A stretch of 63,128 nt of DNA from the NCBI GenBank assembly GCA_003427395.1, contig BFEA01000018.1, positions 4,237,086-4,300,213 on the forward strand, in the 5' to 3' direction. Made by a program: the position numbers and the translations under genes. Shown one piece after another: positions 1 to 14,390 of the stretch (the first letter of the stretch is position 1; each line of letters starts with the position of its first letter). The stretch is from Chara braunii. Taxonomy: Eukaryota > Plantae > Charophyceae. Under the pieces are notes generated by a model. It made no database searches. It was given only the letters and a program-made list of their open reading frames with translations, and had not been told where the DNA came from.

Positions 1-1055
1 TGTCTGTAAGATAAGAAAATAACAAAGGGCGACCAACAAACGGGAAAGAAGGTATGCAAAGTGGAAAGAAGGTAGGGAGGAGGAGAAAAATAAGATAAAA
101 TGGTAGTGAATGTGGAAATTATGAGAGGATATGAAGAGTAATAATCGAGGAGGGAGAGGACAAAAGGCGGGAGATAAAACAACAGAGTACGAAGTTTCTT
201 TTCTCTTTTTCATCCTTATTTTTTAAGGTTTGTTGGAAATAGAAATATATAAAAAAATTATCACTCATATTTTACAATTGTTCTGAAATTTAATGGTGAT
301 GGTATGCCACGCCGCTTCAATTCCCTGATATGATATGGGACAAGATTCACAACTTTTATAATTATATTTTCCAAAATAAAGTTGTATCGACGCATGAGAG
401 TCTTTGCTTGTGGAATAAGATGATGTATGAGAAAGAAAGACAAAACATTTTTTTGTCACTTTCAAGGGGACGCTACGTGCTATCACATTGCATGCGAAGT
501 CATGTTGATGCGTAAACATGTGAAAATACACAAGTCTCGGTTCTAAGTTTGTGTCTCGTCAGGAGTCCTTCCCTCTTTCACAAATTATTTTTTTTGGCAA
601 CCACGCCAAGCACATAACCCTCTTCGCACAACAAATCGGCAACTGCTAAAACAAGATCACCCTCGTTACATAATGAGTGACCCTCGTAGATCAGCTTCGA
701 GGGGGGGTCTAGGTTATTACTTATATATTTGTTTTTTTGTGAACCTATGGTAAGCCTGCAAGGGAAATGATGGTGTAATAAGCTAGCCCGCAACCTTGGT
801 TGGCATAGTGCATACGTAAGGTCATACTTTGTAGTATGGGCAAGGCCAATTACAAAACTTTATAGTATGAACAACCCTTTCCAACCAAAAAAATTGCCTG
901 CAACGTAGAAAACCACTCGGATGCTTAACCTATCATTTTTCAAATGAAGATCGCACCCACCTCTTTGAGGTTGCTAGAATGTCGTTACATGCCGGCATGA
1001 ACAAGGTAAAAATTAGAAGGCGATATTCAATCATATAATCCCATTTATTATTTTA

Positions 1056-1235
1056 TAGGATTTTTAATCCTACATTAGCAAGCACAAAAAGCTGTTGTGA
1101 TTACATCATTTTTCAATCGAGTTGGACTGTTTGAAAATCACCTTTCATATTTTGTAGGATTTTGAATCCTATACTAGCAATTAAAAGGAGACGAACGTGA
1201 CTACATTATTTTCAATCAAGCCTGAATGTTTAAAA
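1056..1235. repeat. Diverged tandem duplication, period about 99 bp
   Basis: taggatttt(t/g)aatccta...tagcaa...gtga(t/c)tacat...ttttcaatc...tgttt(g/a)aaa occurs at 1056 and 1155. Confidence 0.7.
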
Positions 1236-2858
1236 GAATGTTTTTATTGCCTTTTAACAAAAAACTTTAAATATATCATTTTTTATTTGCATTTTAACAA
1301 GTTACAGGGAAATTTCTCAAGGGAGATTAATAGTTTGTGAATGATTGAACATGCGCCCATAAGCATAATAGTAGACAAAAACAGGGTTTTGAAGGTTTTC
1401 GTCTCAAACGATTTGCATTAGGCTAATTCGTTAAGAGGCGCACGCGGAAGTATTGGAAACTGAGTTTTCGGGACCCTTCATTTTGAAATGATTTGCGTGA
1501 GACTAATTATGAAGAGATGTTTGTGGAAGTATAGGAAAATGGGTCTGGGAACCTTTTTTTTTTTTTTTTTTTTAATCTTTCAGGTGTAAGGACTATCTTT
1601 TGTCCTTCATCGCGAGAACTTCAACCTTAATATGAGGCTTGATTGTAGGATTGAACGTAGTAGTAAGAGGTTCACCAGTTTTTTAGTCTTTGAACCGACG
1701 ATTGAGGATGCTCTTCGGAATTCATACCCATTATTTTGCTCCTTTTGTTTATTTGTATAATATATTAAACAATCATAAAAAATAATAATAGAAATGAATC
1801 TCCGCTGCATAAAGGCATGACCGGTAGCATAGAGTTCACTACATTGGTCATAATAAACTCGTTCACGTTTTATAAAGATAGAAAAGAAATTCGATTGAAA
1901 CGACCATGTACGACACAACCTCCGTTTACGGAATTGAAAACAAACTTTTTTATACGATTATTGCCACTTCCTCATATTGGTGTTCATTCGGTACAAAGTA
2001 GTTTATTTTTATACATACCTTTCCTTTGTTTAGGCAAAAAATATTTAGAGTTACGAAACATTTTAAAATTTTTCACTTCAAAATTAATCTCTTTTTTTTT
2101 TTTTTTTTTTTTTGTAGTTCACGTTGTAAGCAAGTGAGTTTAGTTTTCAAACTTGTTTCAACCACCACTTTGGAATCTTTTTCATATCATGTTGTAAGCA
2201 TAATTTTTTTAGTGTATATTTTTAATGTTATTAGCATCATACTATCAGACACGTTGGAATAGAAAAGCCCAAGGATACTATATGGAAGAAAGTCATAAAA
2301 ATACAATCGAAACTATTAAAAACTCAATGAGGATTGTCAAATGCGCGTACGTCAAATCTCTACAAATCCCTCTAAAAAACAGTAGTCGCCGCCAAAAGGG
2401 GAGAAAAACAAAACAGTTGCAGTTGAACACCGATGAAACTTTGTTAATTGATGTTAAAACAATGTACTTTGAGAATCATGAGAACATGTTATTTTTTAAA
2501 ACAAAACAATTATAGAGAGGAGTTATGCCACATAATAATGATATTCGTAGAAGAGAGAAGATAAAAGAATGAGATAATGATATATTGTATTAATTTGTCG
2601 TCTTCATAGTAATTTTTTATTAAAAAATAAAATCTTTATCCATCTATTAGTACATCTTACCATTCCGCTTTTTTTCTTTTTTCATTTTCGTATCCTTCTC
2701 TCTTTCAGCTTTTCCTCATCCAGTGACTCTTAAACTCCATGTATGGTTTCCCCACTCTTTTGCAATCCTTAGTTTTTTTTTTTTATAAGGAAAATGTACC
2801 CAGGCCCCAAGACTTTTATTATCTATGGAAATATACAATGATGATGTTTCGGTCATGA

Positions 2859-2859
2859 C

Positions 2860-2938
<79 letters not shown>
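2859..2938. repeat. (CT)n microsatellite
   Basis: Direct reading. Confidence 0.98.
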
Positions 2939-2941
<3 letters not shown>

Positions 2942-3799
2942 GACATAAACACACATAAGCAATTGTATGGCTGCCCTAATCCCTCTACCCCGCACGTGCC
3001 AATGAGAAAAAAAATAAAAATAAAATTCATTATCGAGGTAATACAAAAAATATTGTTACTACTTCAACAAATAATATTAGTAATACAATATTGTCCCTCT
3101 TTTTCTCTCTAACAGACACACATACACACACACAATCAGTTTTGTGCATTCCTTGTCTTCATGTTTTTATCTGTCTTTTTTTTTTTTTTTTTGCTTAGGT
3201 GAGTATCTTTACGAAATGCTAAACAGTCATTGTTGAGATGCTTTGAGTGTCTATAACACTATTATGGGGGTCTCTTTGTTCATGATGTCAATGTTGTAAC
3301 GCATGAGTTTACATGGTAATGCAGTTTTTTGTTTCCCCCCCAATTTTCTTGTCCTTAAAGTTGTACACTATGTTTTTGACTCTGTTTTTTTTTTTTTCTT
3401 TTCCAATGTAACTCTGCAGAGTTTGTCTTTGGTGGGGTATCCGTGAATTTTGTTTTTGTGTCTGATTATTTATTAAGCTTGTACATTCGTGCAAATTTTA
3501 AAGATGCGCTTATGATATGTATGAGTTTTCATTTAATTGAAGAAGATAGAAACCAATATAAAGTTTTTTAGCGTCTTAGCGAGTGCCCTTATAATTTTTT
3601 TTTTCAAATTTTTAAATTTCAAATGCGTCATAGGAATTCGGTGTATTGCTCACATAAATTTTGGGTAACTGTTTTTTGCGATGTGATTATTTACAAATGT
3701 GTTTTTGTGCCCTCACCTTTATATGCAATTTTCATGTGCGCTTCTCTCTCCTTGTTTACGTCTTCTACGGTAAAATATAATTGTATTATTGTTTCTCAT

Positions 3800-4022
3800 T
3801 TCTCTTTTTTTTTTTTCTAGTTTCGTTAAATCACTAGTACCTCCGCCAGTGTTGGGAAAATAGAAAAAAGTGGCAGTTTTTCCAAACTCCTAAAGATTCG
3901 GAGGTCGGGCCCGACGACGACTGTCATTCATAAATCTGATCGGCGTTCGTCACTTCGTTTTAACCTCCGAAAGAGTCAGAGGACCAACCGAGGCCCGCTA
4001 TTTTTCCACGCGGCAAAGGTAC
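3800..4022 (-). repeat. About 220-bp dispersed repeat, inverted partner of 16153-16380
   Basis: cactagtacctccgccagtgttgggaaaatag...gtggcagtttttccaaactcctaa...ggaggtcgggcccgacga is the reverse complement of the sequence ending at 16343. Confidence 0.9.
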
Positions 4023-7000
4023 GAGTGGTTTAAATCTTGGTTTTGCCATCACCATCTATCATAACCTCTCTTCCCGCCTTCATCTACTCTCGGAGGGATC
4101 TTGTTAATATACCAAGTGATAGTAAAAACTATATCACAGTATGTAGAGTGACTTTGAACCCCTCACTGTGCATTTCGATTAGCTTCGAGCACTCTTTGAG
4201 GATCGACGTGGTCTTGCAAACCCGTCCTCCCTCGCCTTTCCTCCCCTTCCTTTCTACACCTTTTATGCACTCCTTTTCTGCTTTCTTCGCAATTATAAAT
4301 CTCAAAGGCATGTGCTCCTCACTCTTTTGGATCTTATGAACGCACTTAGTTTTAGTTACTGTAGTAGCTAGACAATTGTTATCAACAAGTCGGAAAGTCT
4401 TAACGTGTTTGTTGCGGTTTTAGGGGATCACATGCCAGATAGTTGTGAAGAAATGTTGGATCTGGGTGAAATATTACATAAGTTGAATTGATCTATAAGC
4501 CATGTAAGAGAGCACAGTGATCTGATGCTTCTTCTTCGATCTATTTTGAATATGAATTATGCACGACGATGCGTCATCTTCATCATTTTCATCTTGCATG
4601 ATTGCTCTATGTGTGAATCCCTTATTTTTTTTATTACATGAATAAATGCGTTAATACAAGTCTTTGTATTTTCGTACATAAGTCCTTGTTATCTTCTCGT
4701 CTCATAGAAGAAATGAATGTGGATGTCTCCCGGTACACTGATGTAGTGATCGCCTTTTAGAAAGTGTATACGTGTTCGGTTTCGCTTAATTTTCTAAGTA
4801 TAATATATTTTAGAGAAAACTTGAATAAAGTGCAGTTATGGTTTTCAGTTTTAAATGTATTTCAGTCACAATTTTTTCAAAGCGAATAAAAATGTATACA
4901 ACCCAACTTGAGGGTTGGGAGGGATGAGTTGTATTCGAGGGATTCTTTAACTTCACTGAAAACTAAAAACATGATTGCGCTCTAGTTACTCTTATATCTT
5001 ATTTGTTTTTAATCACTATGTTTTGCATAGAATGTTTCAGAGATGTGCTTATCCTTTTGTTCCTTCTGAAATCGATTTTCTTTTTGTTGAGATTGAACGT
5101 AACGGGAAGAACACTCGTTACACTTTTTCGCTTGGATAAGTACGTGTAGCGAGTGTTAATTGTCGATTTTTCTCTTGTCTAAGTAAGATCTTCATTTTCG
5201 AGTTTAGAAAGCGAGATACAATGTTTTTTCCGTGTGCACGGGGAGAGGTTCGCAGATACTTTTTGAACTGCGAAGATAATGTTATCGCACCATTTTGTCG
5301 TTGTCCTTACTATAATCGAAACTAACACAGTAGATTCAAGTTCCGACCCAAAACTCCGGACCCATATTTTTCTAAAATTCTTCAAATACCCCTATTGCAT
5401 GCTTTTCGAGTCCTGCCAAATTTTTAATCCACTTCGCGAGGAAAGCAGTGTAGGGTGCGAGGTTAGAGCCTCACAATATGGTGCATATGGTCTATTGGTA
5501 ATGTCAAACGTTTGTTGAAGTGACTTGTTGGCTCTCAGGTTGTGGGAACCAACAGTTTGTGGGGTTTGCTCGTTATGTAAATACTCGATGTGCCACTTTG
5601 CTTCATGTTGGATGCGTAGACTGCCTTGTCCGCGCTCCACTGTTGCTTTGTTGCCTGTCGTTTTTGCCTCACATGTTGCTCTTTGCAGCTACTGTGTTCA
5701 GTATGAGGTGCGACTGCGTCATTGGTGGCCTTGTTATTCCCTGCGTTGCTACCTCGGCGCCCATCGACATACCTTGCCTTCCACATTTTTTGCTTGTGTG
5801 TCGTGTAGTTTGGCTGCTTTGTTGGTGTTGCCTTGTGGGTTGCGCTGTTGCCGTGTTGCTTGTCCACTTGCGTTGTCACTCATGCAATTGGTTTTGGTGT
5901 TGTGTTGTTGGGTTGCCGGATGCTTCACTCAGTTGTTGTCTGCTTGAGTGTTCTGCTTCTGGACAGTCCATTGTCAACAAGGGTCAAAGAGTTCATGACC
6001 CAAAGCATCAATATAGAGATTCTGCAGATTGTTGAGGGATCAGCCTGTACCAATGAAACAATCTTTCATCATCAATTTTTATTGTTTTTACTTTTTTTGG
6101 GGGGGGGGGAACTTGTAATTTCCTAACCTGTTATTATTTTAGCTACTTGCTGGCTTGTTGCCTTTTCTGTTGGCCGCCTAGTACTGTTTGTCTGCCTGCC
6201 TGCCTCCCCCATGCCCTCCAGCTTATGTCCCTAGCTTCACTATCGTTTGTGCCCTGCTGCCTCATGTTCTTCATCTGTTTTTTTTTTCTTTTTTTTTTTG
6301 TAATTTTTAATTGTTTTAGGGTTAATTCTTTTAATGTCATTTGGATCAGTACCTTTGGGCTTCAACCCTCCTCCGTGCAAGCACGGACTCAAATCGGCGA
6401 CCTCGGCCTCAAGAGGGAAGTATCGTAACGACTACAACCAGAACACTGTGTTCAAAAGCAGAACCATACCAGCCATGATATCCGCCCCACCCCTGCAAGG
6501 CTGTAGTGTCCACACTCAACGCATACCACACTCAACATCACACGAACGCTGACAATCACCGCACATTTTGCTCCAAGTAGCACATAAGCCCAACCAATTC
6601 AATTACCTGTCAAATCTGGACAAGACGATCTTCCATGCCTTTTTTATTATCATTATAGTATTACGGGGAACCCCATAAGCAACCACAACCGTGTTTAACC
6701 AGGGAACATGCGGGAGTTGCACCCACTAGCAACTGCGTTACTTGTTTCAGCAGGTGGGCGATTCCAGCTAGGGGCCATCCGGTAGCATCAGGACTGAGCT
6801 TCTTCAATTGGCCAGTCGGTGACAAAATGTTAAGAAAGCCAAGAAGTCTTTGATTCTTTTCAACCAATGGGATTGTGAATTTGAAGGGTATATGGACTTT
6901 ATGAAGGTCAAATCAAATGTGATTTTATTCATCCAGAATAAGTATAATTACTCGAATAAAAACAGTTTCGCTGGTTGTTGACATAAAAGTATGCTACGAA

Positions 7001-7254
7001 CATCAGCAGTCTCTGCTCAATGCCGCTCGGGGGTGCCAACCGCCTATCTCTAGGTGGTGGGGGCCAAGCTTGCCCAAAAAGGTACATGAGGCCAATGACG
7101 ATTGAACCCAAGACTCCCGTAAGCCACTTGCGTGCCTTACCAACTGAGCAAGGTCGCTGGATCTTCATGTGTCTTTTAATATTTTATTCATTTTTTTCTC
7201 TTTTGTATGTGAACTGGACTGTGTTCAAGGTTGTCCACTCCGCCTTGAGTGACC

Positions 7255-8210
7255 TCTGTGAGCCTCACCAGACTACTCCCGAAAGTGGTGTTTTCGGGAG
7301 TGCATCGTCGCTACACCAGTTTCCGAATTTGAAATGTCAGGTCAAATTCGAGAGTTGTCAGAATGGGCCTCCCGAGAGCACTTCTGAACTCACCGTCTGC
7401 AAAGCTGTCTTTTCAAGAGACCTCCTTCGCTCCTCCGAGTTTCATCCCAGATTCGAGACTGAATCTGGAAGGGACAAACGAACTTCTGCCAGAGTGCTTC
7501 ACACCATATGTGGCAACTGACATTTTCATTCTTGGAGTGCGACCCGGTCGATAGTGTAATGTGGTGAAAGGCACTCTCGAGCGGGTTTTCTGTTTCGGGA
7601 GCACTCCCATAAATTTTCTGATCTCGGGAGTGGTGTGGCGAGACCCTATATGTGGGTGCGTCCGCCTGGCCGTCAAGGTGACGGAAGCCAGTGTGTGTTG
7701 CCTCATGCCGACTCTCCTCCCTTGGTAATGGGCCTCGCCACACTACCCCCGACTTGAAAAAAATATTTGGGAGCACTCCCGATGTCAAAAGACTTTGCCA
7801 CACTCTGCTCCCGAAACCACCACTTTCGAAATCTAAGATTAGCAGAAGGCGCATTCAGATGGAAAACGATAGGGATAGTAACTTGTCCTACACCAATTTC
7901 CTATTCAGACTTCGGGAGGGTTCATGAGTTTTTAAGCCCACTGGCCGAGGTGTCCCGAAATCACACTTTTGCAGGCTGGAGGAGAAGAGGATTTCGGGAG
8001 TGCTCTGGGAAGCCACATTCTAACATCTCCCAAATTCAATCTGACAGGTTGAACTCGGGAGCTGCTGTGGCGACGCTGCACTCCCGAAAAATGCCAAGTC
8101 GGGAGTAGTGTGGCGAGCCCTAATGTTCCCTACACCCCTACAGCCTGTTATGAGAAAGGAACTACAATGATGACTTGACTCAGGGCCTCGCCACACCACT
8201 GTCGAAAACC
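7255..8210. repeat. Array of TCGGGAG / GTGTGGCGAGRCCC motifs in both orientations (transposon subterminal-like)
   Basis: Copies such as tcgggagtggtgtggcgagaccc (~7624), gggcctcgccacact (~7730), gtcgggagtagtgtggcgagccc (~8098), agggcctcgccacaccactgtcgaaa (~8182). Confidence 0.75.
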
Positions 8211-8559
8211 TGATTTTCGATAGTTCCTCTTGGTCACACAGGCTGTGGAAATTCGAGATGAGTCGAAAGTTGTATTCGAAAGAAAAAGCGGCAAACATTT
8301 TGGGGTCGGACCGGTGCGCTTCCGCCGGCGCTACGGCGCTCGGACCAAGCACACACGATCCGGTAATGGGACGGGTCCGGTCGCAGCGACTACCAACATG
8401 ATAACGCTTCAACGGGGAGACGTGTATGCATAGCGTCGCCGTGTCAGCGCGATATGGCCATGCAGTTATGGCACCTCGCCTAGCGAACTTCAGTTGCGCC
8501 CCTCAACTACATGATGAAGACATATGAAGACATATGTTAAACAACAAGGATTAGATGTG

Positions 8560-9850
8560 GAAAAAGGGAGGTACAAAGATGGTCCTAGCTTACCTGGGTA
8601 AGGAAGAAGACTTGCGACACATAGTACTGTTGAACCTATTATTGCTCTCCCGTAGCAAGTGAGAGGGAAAAAGTACCAAAGGATAAGGTCGGTGGCTGGT
8701 CTCAATACTGGACAGGTAGAGGGAAGCATGCTCCGCGAACTCGGGTGGAAAATAAAGAAGTGAGATAGTTAGGTAGTTTTGCTCATGAAACCATGACGGA
8801 TGTGGAAATGGAACGGGGGGCTCGTTCCCCCCAATGGCGTCAGTGGACACAAAAGAAGACAATGATAGATTACGTGAATTGGCCAGACGGTGGTACGAGG
8901 ATGGAATTATGCCGACAAATATAGATCCAGGGGAAATGAGTGGATAAGGAGGAGAGGTATGGTTCAAAGTCAATAGACATATTGACCAGGTAAGGATAAA
9001 CTGGTAAAGGAGCATACGTAACTGTTATTTTTCGAGAAAGAGCTAGGTTTTTGTCATGGAAGGTGAAAGAAGACATAGTAGAGCATTCGAAAACGAGAAA
9101 GGGAGTGATGGCTCTTTTAACTAAGCCACATTCAGTCATGGCAGGGTCGAAGTCGAAAGCCCTGGCGTAATATCATATGTTGCAAAGAGCCAGACGATAG
9201 CCAATTGGTTAATTTTGAAGGGTAAGGATGACATTACGATAAGGTCATGTCGGTAGGCATTCGAATTCAAGCCTTGGCTTACTACAGTACGGTTGAGAGC
9301 CAAAGGCAGGAAGAAGACAAATCAGTCTTCTGGGTAATTGCAGTGCAAGTACCATTGAATGCGTTTTTTTACTTAGAAGCTCACATGACAAATGCAATTG
9401 GGCCTATGATCCGTCCTCATCCGGCGGAGCAAGATCATTTGAAACCAACCTTGATCAATATTAAATTTGAAATTGATCCGGTGGCGAGAGGAAATATGAG
9501 AGATAAGATTTGGGTGGACACGCGTGAAGGTGACGAGTTGGAAGTCAGAGTCGCCTCATCGAAAACCCCGAGGTGCAGACACTGCAGAGGCTTCTTGCAT
9601 ACAGAAGCCGACTCCAGACGGAATCACCAGCAAGGCCAAGGTGAACCACCAAGAGGCTCAATCGAGGGACACAAACCGTCCTCCATATCAAGGTAAACTC
9701 CAGCGAGTGGGAAGTCAAGGAGGAGGAGGAGGAAGTATGGCGAAAGGGTTGAATGGAGATGGAGGAGGTGCGGCTTCGGCCACAATGGGTGGCGGTCCAA
9801 GTCGATGAGTGGCAATCTCACTGAGTGGGGGCATCCCCCCACAAGGGATG
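8560..9850 (+). pseudogene. LINE ORF1 (gag-like, zinc knuckle) remnant
   Basis: ORF 9247..9696 FWVIAVQVP...CRHCRGFLH, lying upstream of the ORF2 fragments. Confidence 0.65.
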
Positions 9851-10379
9851 AACTCCTGCAATTAAGGACAATTATATTTTGTCCCTAGAGGAACAAGTAA
9901 TATGCAAGGTTAGATAGTCAATCTTATGCATGGCGGGATCTCACATGCCAACGCCTGGTACAATAACCCCATGTACTCCTCGGGGTTACAAGCTTTTCCG
10001 AGCTAGTTGTTCTCGTCGGTTAGCGATCCGACAATGACCACAATGGCACAACCTTGAACGATCCAACCTTCGATGCAACGCTACGCTGCAGCGGAATTTG
10101 TGCCCTATAGGGATCCAACATCTCAAGAACCACAACAAACTAACGGGGCAATGCCTTTGCCAACATTGAACAATCAAGCGACCCCAGAGAGACATATGAT
10201 GCGGCAAGAAGTACACCAACAACCAAGCGACAGGCCCCCTGTTGGGACATCCACGTCAACAGGATCAACGGGACCAACTTCGTCAGGAACACCTCTCGGA
10301 GCAAAAGGTGTGTCAGTCGGGAAACAAGGATGCTTAGACGGGTCTGCGTCAATATCGTCAATTCCTTGAAATAAGGAAT

Positions 10380-13300
10380 GGACTTCGCCGCGTGGATCAG
10401 AGAGCTTACCGGCCGCCGTTGACGGTACACTGGGCATAAAGACGACAAGGAGAATATTCCCAGTTGCGCTTCAACGAGGTTAGATACATGACCTCGAGGT
10501 AAGATTTTTGTACTTATGCCCGCAAGAACCTCTCGATTATATCCTTCAACAACCGAGATGGCTCACAAGCGTTGGTCAACATAGCTGCTCCGCAACAACC
10601 GATGCCCTCGTCTATATTTACGTTGATTAAGGCAACAATCAAGAGTAAGTTTTAATTTCGATGGATTGCAGACGAGTTGATGGTCAGGGTGATAATTGAT
10701 CATCCGGACCAACGAGGTAGGAATCTCAAGTTCTTTATCCCCCTCTTCGATGCACACTTTACGCCAAGACAATTGGAATCCCTGGAAGTTGCAGGGCTAA
10801 GACAACTGCCATTGATGTGGCTGGTAGAGAAACGGGTCAACCTATCGTTGAATATGTCGACTCCGAATAAGGGAAGAGGCATCTTCCGGTTTAATACCCA
10901 AAACCTAGAGGAGCCAGGTATCGTGGAATGGATGAGAAGGTTTTGGACAACATGGGAAACGACAAAACCGGACTTCTCATCCATGGAACAATAGTGGAAC
11001 TCCGGGTGGAAACTGTTTGTTAATATTCTTAATGTATTATCGAGGATTTTGGTCACTAATCGAGTGAAGAAAGAGGAACAAATAAAGCGGAAGATTAGGT
11101 ATGTGGAACAACGAATGGCCGAACATCCGGTATCGAACTTAGTATGGAGCAAAGAGAGAGCCAAGTTAACGAGTGAGTGGGAGGAATTACAGAGAAAAGA
11201 CTCAAAATTTTGGGTTGAACGGCTAGTGGTGAAAGAAATTATTGTCTTCGATCGGATGACCAGAGAGTTATTTCATAAAGTGGTACCTCGAAGATCGTCT
11301 GTGCCCATGAAAAAGTTGATACATCCTTTTGATTCATCAGCACCCAGGGCTAAAGAATTAACACAACTATGCAAGTATGCAACAATATATTACCAGCCTG
11401 AGGACATTATGACGTCAAGACTACAGGGAGCCGACGTGGTAGATAACCTAGACGATGACAACGACCATTGGAATAATACACGAGTAAGGATATCTACCGG
11501 GGGGCGCCTGGATTTGGACCGCCCGATCAAAGTCGAAAAAGCCTATGAAGCCTTGAAGGTTATGGCAAAGGGCAAGGCCCGAGGGGATGATGGTCTGCCC
11601 GCAGAGCTCTACAAAGCGATTTGGAGCGAAGTAGGAATCGTCTTGTCGAGATCTACGATGAGACATTGCATGAGCTCACCTGTCTCAAAATATGAGACAT
11701 GGTATTATCTCAGTGTTGTTCAAGAAAAGAGATTTAGCAGAAATCTGAAATTAGAGGTCAATATCAATGTTGAATGTTTCATATAAATTACTCGCCAAAA
11801 TCATGGTCAGAAGACTAGTAGGGAAGTGTCTTCTGTCCTTGGTTCTGAACGACCAAGCGACCTTCGTACAGGGTAGATCAATTTTTGATAATATAGTTAC
11901 AACTATAAAATTGTTAGAAATCATTCACAGTGACTCCCTGGACGTGGCAGTCCAATTACTGAATTTTGAAAAGTCGTACGACCGAGTAAGCGGATCGCAT
12001 GTCCTCACAACCCTGAAGCTAATGAACTTTGGAGTAAATTTTCGCAGATGAATAACAGCGATGTATACTATGTCTACAACTTCTGTCATGATAAACGAAT
12101 AAGTGTCCAAACCTTTCTAACTCACTAGGTCACTCAGACAGGGTTGTCCTTTGGCGCCCTTGCTTTTCGCAGTACAAATGGAAATGTCATTGAACAACAC
12201 CAGGGCACATGATCGCACTAAAGGTTTGCAGCTAGGATTGACAAGCTGCAAGGTCAAGGCTTTGGACGATCACCTCTTCGCAATCTTTTAAAACATATTG
12301 GAATCACTGTCGGCCTTGAAGACCGAACTGGATGTATACATATTATGAGTTGTCTGCGACGTTGGTAAATCGGCACAAATCATTGTTCCTACTTCCATCA
12401 AGGTACTCTTTAGATTGCGAGTGGGGTATTAAAAAAATTGATGAGGACCAATCTGAAAGGTTCCTAGGAGTCCAAGTCTCATTGTTAGATTGTGATGGGG
12501 ATCAAGATGACCTCTTGTTACAAAAGGTTATGCACCGCATGGTGACGTGGGGAAAAACATCACATTTGTCACTCTTTGGTCGAGCGCTAGTGATTAACGG
12601 AGCCCTGTTTGTTCTTTTTAGGTTTGCATGAACCATAAGGGCATTAGGGAAACAATTGTATACTATTACACTAACGAAAAGACGAGGCGCTAAGTTCGGT
12701 TGGAAACCGTTTGCGAAGGAGGAATAATTTTTCATTTTTAAAGTGGCATGGGAAATGTTGTGTAACCCAATAACTTAGGGTGGCCTTGGAATTTTTGACC
12801 CAATAAAACAGAACAATGCTATGTTGGTGAAATGGTTGACCAAAGCCCGTACTAAGGAGCCAAACCCACATTCGGTGGCAATGGCTGAATACATTCTGGT
12901 CTCATAGTAGAACTTGTCTAGACCTAATGATGTGTAGATATGCCTGATACTCTACTTATGCCAAAGGAGGCAAATTAAATCTCGCTTTTGACGAACAATC
13001 ACTCTGGCATGGAAGAAACTCAGACCGGATGTTTAGGTAGAACCGATGACCAAAACAAAAATATTATCCCAACCATTATTTGAAAACCCGCATATCTGAT
13101 TAACGGATGAAGACTGATAAGAGCCGATAAAACAAGCTTTGGACGAAAGTGGATTGAAAAAGGGATTTGTAAAAATCAGTGATATTTGGGATTCCATCTT
13201 CGGTACCTTGAGAACAGAGGTAGATTTGAGACCATCCCTGGAAAAGTCAAGAAATGTGACTTCAAAACTGGAATCAATTGTTTCGGATATTCTCCAACAC

Positions 13301-14390
13301 TGTAAAGAACTGTTGGGTCTGACCGTTGTAGACCCCCCTGACACCTGGTACACAAGTGCAAGCGGAGATGGCACCGGAATATGAAAATTAATGGAATACT
13401 AACCAGATGGGAATTTTTTTTTCATAAATGACAAATCCAAACCGACTGCTCACTGACATGTGCAGAGGACAATGAGCACTCGTCATTGGGAACTGCATGG
13501 ATGCAGGTTTGTGTTTCAGAAACATTATCGTCAGAAGATGATAGGTTGTGCATGGTACTGCTTAAGGGAAACCCCATTGAAAAGTTAAAGATAAATCATA
13601 CGATGTGGGAATGGAGGGCACTAGGTAAGGGGGGAGAAAACGTCAAGTTATTAAACTACATGCAGAAAGTTTGATACAAGGTAGTTGTCTCACGAAAACA
13701 TCCGCTGGTGGTAGTTTATAACAGATGGCAAACCCATATGGAACTGAACCTTAATGTACTGAGCAAAGCTCTCCAAAATTGTTGGGAACACTTGAAGATA
13801 ACACGGAATTGATCTAATATTGATCTAAAATGTCTGAGATGTGGCTTCTTTCAATGATGGTCACCCCATCTGCAATATGGCTAGCAAAGATACAGATAAA
13901 AATTGATATAAAATGTCTGAGATGTGAATGGGTATTCGAGTCAACAGTTCATCTGTGGTGGGATTGTCCTGCCTTGGCTCGGATTTATAAATGGTGGATT
14001 CGAGTATGGTCAGGTCTCCCAGGTCAGAGTATGGTATGGGATAAGATGTGGTCTCTATTAGGAGGTATCCCATCAAATATGTCTCTGACTAAGGGATGGG
14101 GCTAAAGTGCGTAGACAACAAGAACAATTACCTTCTCGATAATCTGGGAGGGCAGAAATGACCACGTGTTTGATGGGAAATAGTGGACTGATGCTCAGAT
14201 AAGAAGCACAACTCTGCAAGGTGTGAGACGTGTCATCCAGGTAGATTGGTGGAGGAAAGTTGTTAAAACAGAGAACAGTGGTAGCGACAAGCTCTGGTTT
14301 CAAGAAACTTGGTGTATGAACAACTCTTTTAAGTCTGCGTCGTTTAATAATGATGGGCAAGTATCACTAGCCTCATGGTTGTTTAATCAG
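10380..14390 (+). pseudogene. LINE ORF2 (endonuclease C-terminal part, reverse transcriptase, zf-RVT), fragmented
   Basis: ORFs 10677..10994, 11049..11786, 11767..12051, 12332..12631 and 13830..14105 carry non-LTR RT motifs in the expected order; catalytic YADD is degenerated. Confidence 0.88.

Noticed and set aside
261-1010. Fragmented minus-strand ORFs that look vaguely coding
   Set aside because: No recognisable family and no consistent splice structure
5520-6035. Cys/Leu/Val-rich ORFs
   Set aside because: Result of TTG/TGT-rich low-complexity sequence
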